A DNA stretch of 64,000 nt from Vicugna vicugna (Eukaryota): the NCBI GenBank assembly GCA_013265495.1, contig MU058337.1, positions 4,086,880 to 4,150,879 on the forward strand, read 5' to 3'. Positions 24,096 through 33,925 of the stretch are shown piece after piece; the stretch's first letter is position 1, and the number at the start of each line of letters is the position of its first letter. The notes below the pieces were generated by a model. That model saw only the letters and a program-made list of their open reading frames with translations, searched no databases and was not told the origin of the DNA. Both the position numbers and the translations under genes were made by a program.

Positions 24096-24578
24096 TGACA
24101 TTGATAGCTTCCACTGCTCATAGGGCAAAATAAGCTACTTGGTGATTTTTGTTCCTCTGGACAAAAGAAAACATTATAATCCCCAATTTTTTTTTAATGT
24201 GAAAAGGAGAGAAACGATAATAATGGCTTTTATTTACATAAGACTTTTAAACTTTTACAGGGGTTTATATCCATTTTCTTATTATCATAACAGTTATAAA
24301 GATGACTAGGGCAAGAGTTTTATCTCTATATATGTAGTGAAAAAGAGAAAATGTTTGTATTATAATGTATTATCTGATAATATATTAATGCATATTTATT
24401 GAATATAAATAAAACTATAGAGTTTAATAAATATATACATGAAAAGTAGACGTGTGTATTCAGACATGTTTCGGTACTTGTTCTCCTATCTGCTTTTAAT
24501 TTTCTACAATAACAAAGCAAAACAACACCACCAAAAACAGACCAGTGAAAACGTGTGTTCTTGTAACATTTCTTTCAG

Positions 24579-24736
24579 GTGCCGAACGGTTGCTTTGGAA
24601 ACAGGGATGCAGAACGCTCAGCTGTGCTCTACCATCGTCCAGCTGTCCTTCACCCCTGAGGAGCTCAACGTCATCTTCACCTTCCCACTCATCTACAGCA
24701 TCTTCCAGTTGGTCGTGGCAGGTCTATTCTTAGGAC
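24579..24736 (+). CDS. SLC10A2: SLC10A2 exon 5
   Basis: Acceptor tttctttcag|G, donor GAC|gtaagg; 158 nt. Encodes [52 protein letters not shown], including the Na+-site ETGxQN motif. Confidence 0.98.
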
Positions 24737-25366
24737 GTAAGGAACACCTATAATCACATTTCACTGTGATGTTCTTTGAGAAATCCTGGAGTTGCTAATA
24801 TGACATCTTTTAATTCCCCTTTTCTGCTAATGAATTGTACACATTAAACCAAACTCCCTTTTCCTGGCAGTGAAATAAATGGGTAGGAAACGCTACCCAT
24901 AATATTCTCATGACATGCCAACTGCTGATAGAAGATTATAATTTTACCAAAAGGTTCTAGTAAAGAGTATTTTTAAGTGAAAAATAATGGAGGTTGATTC
25001 TCTCCACTGACTCTCTTTTTCTCAATAATTAAGGAGGCATATTAACCTGTTAGAGCCATTTTATTGTGTCCCTTCCTACCTGCTTCTAAGAATCCTGAAC
25101 TGGTCAATTTTTAATTCAAACATCACCTTGGTATGCTTAGTATATATAGGATATTTCTCAGAAAATTGGTATAAAAGGATATTTATCAGGCTAAGTTATA
25201 TTGGATGATAGATATATGCATGCATGTACTTGTGTATGTATATAGTTTTTAATAACCATACAATTGAAACAATTGAAGCAAACATTTTTTATTTCAAGTG
25301 CTAGGAATAGCTAACCTGGCTTTTCATTTTACTGGGACGTAGCATATAGCTTTGGTCCACGAGCCC

Positions 25367-25382
25367 CTGCCACCTAATGGCC
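25367..25382 (-). promoter_or_regulatory. CTCF-like motif in intron 5
   Basis: Reverse complement reads GGCCATTAGGTGGCAG versus consensus GGCCASYAGRKGGCRS. Confidence 0.4.
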
Positions 25383-26319
25383 TTCACCTACTTGAAACTT
25401 TTCTCTAATTTTGCTTTCTAAGGACTGGTGATGGTTAATCTATTTTCAAATTCTGGGGCTTTTTTAATAACAAAACTTCTTTAAGTTTCACGACATTTTA
25501 ATGGGGATCCTGTAGTGAAAGTGAATGAAAAGATAATGTGACTCTTAAGTGGCACAATGACCCTAGGTACAGCTTTTTTTAGAATAAGGTTTGTTTTTAC
25601 ACTTAGCTCCATCAGGTACTCCACTTGCCCTTGGGAACTGTTCATTCTCTGTGCTACGGTCTTGAATGTCATTCTCGAAGCAGAGTTTTCCTTTCTAGTA
25701 TAGGGCTCTCTGGATCCATTAGAAACGTTCCACTGACTTATCACTTGTGCAGGAGAGAGGGTTGCATGGCCTAATTAATTACCTCATTTTCCTGTATCAT
25801 GGAGATTTACCCAATTTGGTGCACCTTGGGACTTTCCCAAATAATTAGCTAATGGTGTCTACCAGACAAGCCAGAGAAAGTAGTTGAGAGCGAGGACAAT
25901 TAAGTAGATTTACTAGTTAAATAACTCATTCAAAGGGAATTAATATATAAAATTGAAGGAATGATGGGAAAGTGGGCAACAGTCTTACCCTTTCCCACAA
26001 TTTCAGCAGCAAGAATGAGAACAAGGAGGCATATTTACTAAGGATGTGCAATTCCAGGAAACATATTTTGGTGAAAGGATTAGAAGTCTAAATGCTTTCT
26101 TTTTGGAACAAGGAAAGGAAAGAAGGAAGGGAGGGAGGGAGGGATGGAAGATGGAAAGAAGAGAGGAGAATAGTTTGGTTGAATAAAATTGGTGATAAAC
26201 TGAGGGATTTCAAGCTTAAAACAGTTTATAATAAAAGTATAATAAAAGGGATATTTTCATGAACCACAAGCTCAATTGAATAGAGTCAATAGCTTAGTGG
26301 CTTCTAAGTGAATATACTG

Positions 26320-26498
26320 AGTGGGGAGAGAACAGCTCAGTGGTAGAGTGTGTGCTTAGCATGCATGAGGTCCTGGGTTCAATCCCCAGTACCTTCATTA
26401 AAGATAAATAAATTTGAAAACCTAATTACCTCCCCCCTCAAAAAAAAAAAAAAGAAAGAAAGAAAAAACTAAAGCAAATTAATGTAAAAACCAAAACA
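26320..26498 (+). mobile_element. tRNA-derived camelid SINE (Vic-1-like)
   Basis: Pol III A box (agctcagtggtagag) and B box (gggttcaatccc), body aacctaattacctccccc, A-rich tail. TSD aatatactg at 26311-26319 and 26499-26507. Confidence 0.85.
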
Positions 26499-27509
26499 AA
26501 TATACTGGTAGATGTACAGGAGCCATCCAAGGAGGTATTGACCTTGAAATGTTCAGATCTCGGAAGCAAGATCACGTCTCTCTCAGCTGCATATCATCGC
26601 GAGCGTTAGTGCTGACTGAGCCCTTACTGCTTTCTCAGGGGTGGGCACTGTACCATTTTAGCTCATCTGTGTTCACAATTGCCCCATGAGATAGGCAGTA
26701 TTTTTATACCAATTTTAAGTGTGAGGTATTGGAGTCTGAGGGTTCCAATAAATAATACCTTCTCCTCCCCTGTTGGAACCAGATCAGAGGTAGAAGGGGG
26801 AAAAAATCAGATATTTAGATAACAAAATTGCACTTTTATTATAGATAAAACTTAATTAGAAAATATGGCTCAAAACTGTGACCACGTGGGCTTGTTGATA
26901 TCGTCCTGCTCCGTGGCCTCCCACTGTGCACGTAGCATCCACAGATACACATAGACTGCAGGCCAGTCTGGCCAGGTGAGCTGACCTCAGAAATACACTG
27001 AGAAATGGCCGCCCCCAGAGACTAGCAGCTTCGTGGAAGAGATGAGGGCTGATCACCCCTCAGCCAAGGCTCCCCCATCGTGGGAAGGAGTGAGTGAGGG
27101 CTGGGAAAGTCCGTTATTCCAGCTCAAGTCCTCCCCCACAGACCTTTAGACCAAGGTACCGACACTGCAGCTTAGCTTGTAGCCTGTTTGAGGACTGATA
27201 CGTTAGCTGGAGAGGGAAGGGACAGAATAGATGCCTGTTGTCATTATTGGTGAGTACCACCTGCAGGGCTGATCAGCGGAAGCTAGGTGAGCAGATATCC
27301 CCTAGCTGTGGGCCAGGTCTTCCTGAAGTGCAGCCATCCCACTTGCGAGCGGCCGTGGAAATAAAAATGAGGGTGGTGCTCCCTAAGGAACTTCCCGCCT
27401 ACACAAAATACAAACTGCTTCTTGAGTCATAGATTATAATCACTGTCCAAAGTAAGTCTGCAGCTTCCTATTATGAAATTTGCTTAACCTGCTGTGTATT
27501 GTTTTCTAG

Positions 27510-27637
27510 TGTATGTAGCACACAAGAAATGTTTTGGAAAAAACAATGTGGAACTTCCAGACGGCAAAGACATCGAACCACTCCCTAAGGCATCCTTCAG
27601 CAAGGCGAATGAAGCATTTCAACCAGATGAAAAGTAA
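27510..27637 (+). CDS. SLC10A2: SLC10A2 exon 6 coding part (cytoplasmic tail, stop TAA 27635-27637)
   Basis: Acceptor gttttctag|T. Encodes (L)YVAHKKCFGKNNVELPDGKDIEPLPKASFSKANEAFQPDEK*. Ends in the ASBT-typical FQPDEK and completes a 348-aa frame. Too short to appear in the ORF track. Confidence 0.97.
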
Positions 27638-29410
27638 ACACCAGTGGACCAAAAAGAAGAACTCTAAAGAACATGCTTCAGCTATAAAAAATATTTAATT
27701 ATTTGTTTTGATGGGATATTTGTCAGAAAAAAAAAGTTAAAGAAAAAATTTAAGTTTGAATTGAATCCATATATTGGTTTTGCTACCAAGTGACTGGTCC
27801 AGATCTTTCATGTGACAGATATATATATATATACACACACCGTCTTTGAAATAAGCCCAAAAAGTATTCTTGGACCTCAGGCTAAAGCTGACATGGGAGA
27901 CACTGAGAATTTAATAACCAAATTAGAATCAAGCCCAGATCCCATCAGGGATTTTGTACATCCGTTGCTCTGCCTCCTGAGTCCAATGATGCCCACTTGA
28001 TTTTTTTTAGGAAAAACAGAATTATTTCAAATGGCTTGTATTTGGCAACGCTCTTTCAGCCCTGGAGAGAGATTGCCTCAAGGCTCGCCTGTTAGTCACA
28101 GGTCCACATTAGCTAATACGACAGCTCTCTGGTTCACACCTCAGAGCAGGGAGGTGGCAGGAGGCACAAAGGCAGGAGACACAAAGACAAGAGAAGTATT
28201 GGAAGAAACATGATGACTCTAGTGGGTGAATCCCAGTCAATGGGAGATGAAGGAAAATACACGGAAAAGTACAAATAACAGCAATTTGGTTGAAGGGCCA
28301 GACTAGAGTCAATTAGATGTGCAGAAGAATGAGGTCAGGGAGCCATGGGAGACATAAGCATTAAACAGTGTTCGAGGATGAAGAGGACATGCCCAGGGCC
28401 CAGAAGGCGGAAGTGCATTGCCAAGTGAGCTCCTAAGATGCTGTCAGTAGGTGTATCAAGAGGAAGCAGAGAGGATTTGAACAATGGCAACAGTTTTATG
28501 GCAAAAGAGAAACAGCTGGAGAGGGTTGGGTTCTCAATGACAGGTCTGATTTATCCTCCCTCCCCTCACTCCACGGCAAGAGGCGGAGCATTCTTAATCC
28601 AGTTCAAAGTGGTTTAGTTCCATTTTCCATTCGGACACTGTCACTGCCTCATAGACTCCCTTTCAACTGCTTTGGCTTCAGAGAGCCTCTTGCATTTGGA
28701 TGATGTGAGTTCAGGTCCTGCTGGTGCCCCTCAGCGTTACAGGAACACGAACGTCAACGCTTAACTTAGTTCTTCCAAGACAGGGAGGAGGCATGTTCTT
28801 TTAAAATGTGGCACTTGTACCTTTTTATACCAGGTTCACATTTACCATTGAGTAAAGCTTCTATATTTTTCCATCATTAGACAAACGCGTTAAAAGAAAC
28901 ACATTAAAAGAAACTAGGGATTTTTTTTAAAGGATCGTAGAGGAGAGGTGGTCCAGATTTTCCTATTACGGAGGCCAAACAATCTCCTTCCAACAGTACA
29001 AAACGAGAACTTTCAGTCTATCTGTCAAGTACCTCCTACACTGTCCTCAAATGGAACACAGGCAGGTGCACTAAAGACACACTGTGAATTCATATCATCA
29101 TTTCAACACCCCCGAAGTCAAGGGCCTGGACGCAGCAGGCGCAGCAAGCAGCTTTTCCCTCCATGCTGATCAAGATACAGACAACGGAATCTGGCTCTCT
29201 AACATGTTGCCGTATCTTGTGAATTGTGGGGTTTTTTCTTGTGCTAGATGGAAGAAAAATAGCTGAACTTTTCAAAATGAAAGCACTCTATTTTTAAATG
29301 AGTCTGAGAAGCTGATTAAATTATGTATTTTATTGCCTCTGTGAGTATCATATTAAATGAATATTTTATTTTAAAGGCTGGAATAAATGGAAATAATTTT
29401 TGTAACGGTT
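27638..29410 (+). other. SLC10A2: Probable SLC10A2 3' UTR
   Basis: Follows the stop codon. AU-rich stretch with ATTTA at 27693-27697. The end is inferred from the AATAAA at 29382. Confidence 0.5.
29382..29387 (+). terminator. Candidate polyadenylation signal AATAAA
   Basis: AATAAA with a U-rich upstream stretch and a GU-rich downstream stretch (ttgtaacggttggtctatctgggtctttgtg). Alternative AATAAA at 29660-29665. Confidence 0.5.
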
Positions 29411-30794
29411 GGTCTATCTGGGTCTTTGTGATAATTGTCAACATGTCTTTGCTGTTCACTTCTAGAGATAGAAATAAGGTGGAGTTTCTCAAATGTTAAA
29501 TTGTTCCTCAAAAAGTCCCTGAAAGAAATGCTTAATTAAATACTCTAATAATTAGGTGTCCCACTGATACAGGTTGAAGTTGTCCCCCAGGAAAATCATA
29601 CTAGGGGAACTTGAATCAAAAACTCTTAAAAAACAGCATGGCGACATCTGACTTAAAATAATAAAAAAGTTTTATGTGTATTTATCAATAAGATCACCAC
29701 CACGTTCTATGAAAAAAGAGAGAGAAAGACAGAGACAGCAACACTTTAATGATGGTACTGATGCCTTAAAACCTCTCATCAGCAAGACTTGGAGAAATTC
29801 AGATGGTGAACCACATTTGACCACTCGAAGATATCACTCTGTTCTCCATCTAGGAAACTCTCACCCTCTTCCAGCAGAAAACAGTGTATCTTTCTTGGAA
29901 TATCCGGCAGCCCATTGCCTCTCAATCTTTTACCCTTCAAAAACTGCTTTAGTTCACAGCCAGAGTCTTCAGACCGTGGTGTGGATACGCTGAGTCCATG
30001 AAACTGTCCTGGGGGTGCAGGAACGGCTGGGGAAGCCGCTCCCATTTCTTCAACTTGTGTACATATTCTTTCCCAAAACTACCCTGCTTCAATGCTCCAG
30101 TGCTTGAGATGTCCCGAGTTCTCCCTGCCTACCACCTCTTTCCCGGCGGGGTGCCCTCCTTGAAAAAGCACAGCCTTACTCTCACTGTCCCTACAGAGCA
30201 CCGGCCCAGGGCAGAGGAATTTTGAACAGCAACTAAAGAAACAGTTCAGAATATTAATGTTGAAGAAAGGCGTCGCATCTTTCTCAGTTGTATACATATT
30301 TATTTAAGGTTTTAGAAATGGAGTATTCTGACTTGTGTCGGAACATTTTGAACGTAGAAATACTATAACATGGACTGGGAGTGAGAACAATTTTCTGTTA
30401 ACAGGATAGCACTCCCAACCCGTGATATACCCCAAAAAACCATCACTATGAGAGCAAACAGACGAGCATTGGTTAGAAACATTGAAAGAGGACACTTTTT
30501 TTTTTGCATCCAAGAGATGACAAACTTATGGTAAATATCTGAACCTTATCTATCTAGCTCAAAATTGGAATACAAATGTGAGGGATTGACACGGACTCCT
30601 ATTAATGTATTTGTTAGAATCGAAAGATGAAGTCAAATTTTTTTTCAGACAGAAAGTTATCTAGCTGATTGGTTTGACAAGGGCCCTGGCTTTGCCAATT
30701 AAGAAATATAAAGGATATTTTCTATAAATTAGATGAACGAAATCTCCAGCACCAAGGTTTTACAAAAATATTAAAAACATGATAATATAAAAAA

Positions 30795-31412
30795 GCACAT
30801 TATAAAAATAATTAATCTAGAATATATAAAGACTCATAGCCCAATCATAAGAAAGAAAGTAACAAAAATGAGTAAAAAAGCATTTGAAAATACTCTTCCA
30901 CAAAGAACAGAAATAAAGCAGATAAGCACATGGCTCTGGCAAATATACCCATGAAAAGATGCTCAATACCATTAATAGTTACATAACTTTGAATCAAAAC
31001 CATTGTATGTTCAGTAAAATAGCTTAAGTAAAACATTACTATGATGGCAAGTATTAATGGGGATATAAACAGTAACTCTCATAGACTGCTGGCAGTAGGG
31101 TCACTTCAAAACCAGTTTGCAATTTCTTATAACATTAAACACACACTAACCATGTAACCCAGCAATCTCACTCCTAGGTGTTCACCCAGGTACTAGAAGT
31201 AGAACAGAGCAACAGAAGATCAGGGGCCAGGAACCTGCGGCCGGCATGGACTATGAGGGAAATGACGGAACATCGTGGGCTGATGGAAATGTTCTGTATC
31301 GGGACGTTGGTGGTGGTTACACAACATTGGACATTTGTCAAAATGCATGGAACAGTACACTTAAAACTGGTGAATTTTATTTGATGTAAATTATACCATT
31401 AATAAAACTGAT
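30795..31412 (+). mobile_element. Old L1 (L1MB/MC/ME-like) 3' fragment nested in the Charlie element
   Basis: ctagaatatataaagactc...catgaaaagatgctcaataccatta...acccagcaatctcactcctagg...gtacacttaaaactggtgaattttatttgatgtaaattatacc, then aataaa. Confidence 0.8.
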
Positions 31413-31879
31413 TGAAACTTTTATTGGTCCAGATGTAGCAGGTAAATTTATTCCACTCCCAATCCTCTGGGAGAATATTGAGTTCAATTTGGAGCCTCTA
31501 AGGGTAAGAGTAACAGTCTCTTTGGAAAGTCTAGTCAAGCCTTTTGCAGTATATTTCCTAGAAATGGAAACAGTGCCTAGCTCAAGTTCCAGAAACACTT
31601 TGAAAAGCAGATATTTCCAGTTCTTTGCCTTCAACAAAGCTAAGAGGTTCTGGTCAAGTTGTCAACTGTGTATGGATTTGTTGGTCGGCAATTGTGAGTT
31701 CTTTGACATATAACTTGGAAGAAGTTCAAATTCGAGGGACAACGTATACCAAAAGCCCTCCCACTGTCATCTATCTCTTTATGTGAAACAAAGTTGACCG
31801 GCACTTAAATCCATAAAAATAAAGTTAGAGGAACAAAGTGGAGGCTGAACCCCATCTCAGCCTGACAGTTAACAGCAAA

Positions 31880-32120
31880 CTTTCATGCGATGCCACTGCT
31901 TTCCAGGGTCTCTTTAACGTCTGTACTGTGTGAACTGATCTAGTCTTCACAACAATTCTGTGACGTAAGTTAATATTTTCTCTCTTTTACAGATGAGGAC
32001 ATTCAGGCACATAGTTAAGGAACGTTCACACAGTCTCACAGATGGCAAGTGCCAAAACTTGATTTGAACTCAGGAAGCCTGGCTCTGCATTTTGGACTTT
32101 TGTTGACCGCAGTGCTAAAC
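31880..32120 (-). mobile_element. MIR SINE nested in the Charlie element
   Basis: cttcacaacaattctgtgacgtaag...ttttacagatgaggacattcaggcac...gatttgaactcagg. Confidence 0.75.
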
Positions 32121-33769
32121 TCTGTTGTATTCAGCCATAGATACATGGGATTTCAGATCATTCATGAACGCGTTACATTAGAATACAACCCTTCAGTGGA
32201 AATAAAATGAAAATATAAATTCAAGTAGAAAGAAAAATAATGTGGAATTTCCAACAATGAAGGCAGAACTTGTCCACATTTTTTTTAATTGATAATGGGT
32301 ATCATGCCTATGCAGCATGTAGATTCCATTGGATACATTTTAAAGTGATATAACCATTTAAGTTAAAATTTTCAGTATTTATGGAATTGTATGTGCAACG
32401 ATTGGCAGAAGTTGAATTTGTAATTATTTAATCTTATGACAAATGGCAAATAGCACCTAAAGATATACCTTGCATATCCAGGATTTAAAAGTTATTTGGG
32501 GGTCATGAAATCTAGTTTCTTTAATTCTAGTGTTACAGCTTTCCATTAACATGCTAAGTATTGCATAGCAATGCCTGGTCAGTGTCGTAAAGATGGTAGG
32601 GGAAACTGAGGAAGGATCAGTTATTCTGCAAATAAAATACATACAGACCCAAACATGCACACACATACATGGTGCAAAAAGTCATAAGAAAGATAGTATC
32701 ATTACTCAAAATTAAAATAGTAGTTTGGGATGTTTAAACACGAAGATTACGTGCTTGTTGAACCAGTAGGGTTTTCAGCTGCATTACTGATGCAAACATG
32801 ATGAACAAGTGCATAAGTCACCATGGTTACATCATTCTCAAACCAGGAGAATCTAAAAGAATAGCTTCTCAAAAATAACAAATACGATTCTGTCCTTCTG
32901 CTACTGTGGATATAATGGCTCTTTTGCAAGTAGTCTCTTGGAACGAAGGAACGTGATAATGGCTACAGCCACTAAGCTAGTATCACTCATGTCCCTCCTT
33001 TAAAGAAATCAGTGAGGACAGCACAGGTCCCTTAAGGACAAAATGAAACAGCAAGAGGGACAGGGCTATGCAATAATGTTAAGTGAAAAACTAAATTAGT
33101 ATTTAATTATCTTTATACTGGAATGTGTGCACATGCTACAGATCAAAAGGAAAATGGAAGCATGAAAACTCTATAAGGAAACAGGGGTGTTAAGATGACT
33201 TTTCAATATATTTCTTTACTATTCGATATATTTATTTATTAGTACATTATATGTCAGAACCAAATAAGGTCAAGGTGGAAAGAAAGAAAACTAAAATCGC
33301 ACGGGTTCCCGCACGTCAATACGCTGGGTGAGTACGGCTGGAGGGGAGAAATACGACCCTCTGGTGGTTCTAACATCTTCTACCATCTGTGCCGTTGCTC
33401 TTCCCAGCTGGCCCCCGTGTGTCTCTGCCTGTCACCAGGAGGGCACAGGCTCTCTAGGTGTGGCAAACACTACTGTCTGGTTAACCCAACGCCCTTTCCA
33501 AATCCCTTCGCCCATTCCCACCTCAGCTGAAAATGCATGCTCCGCTTTCATTTGCAGCTGGTTGGTTGGTCATGTGTTTGCCGCTGTTCTGGACAATCAC
33601 ACGCGGGCAAAAATACTCAGGAAATGGTGTAAAGCCTTTGGCAATTTTTTGTTGACGTTGCTAAAAGGTAATAGATGCATCCGGCATTGCTCCTTCCTCC
33701 ACATCCTTCTGCCTTAAAAACAAATGGGTGCCTGGTGCATAGTGAGTGATGAGGCAATGAACAGGGACC

Positions 33770-33925
33770 CACACAGACACCAGCTCCAGGACTGCTGAGC
33801 CCCTGAGTGCCAGCAGCAGCCTATCTCCAGACTTATTGATATCTGCGAATAAACACCTACTTATTTAAACTGTCATTGCCCAGACAAGCTATTACTTGCC
33901 ACTAGAAGCATTCCTAACTTATAGA
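33770..33925 (+). mobile_element. Old MaLR LTR 3' fragment
   Basis: cctatctccagacttattg...aataaacacctacttatttaaactg...agcattcctaacttata. Confidence 0.5.

Larger units (their letters stand above)
29961..32515 (+). mobile_element. Decayed hAT-Charlie DNA transposon interrupted by L1 and MIR
   Basis: Left end cagagtcttcagac resembles a Charlie terminus (CAGTGGTCTTCAAAC). Transposase relics: DIFYKLDERNLQHQGF at 30714-30761 and SISLCE / ALKSIKIK / RNKVEAEPHLSLTV at ~31770-31872. The right boundary is approximate. Confidence 0.65.

Noticed and set aside
26320..26395. tRNA-like sequence with A and B boxes (also 41811, 56560, 61367)
   Set aside because: A-rich tails, TSDs, a shared non-tRNA body and no proper acceptor stem mark these as SINEs, not tRNA genes.
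30400..31875. Domesticated transposase gene (ZBED/Buster-like)
   Set aside because: Motifs lie in different frames with stops and are split by an L1 insertion; this is a fossil only.
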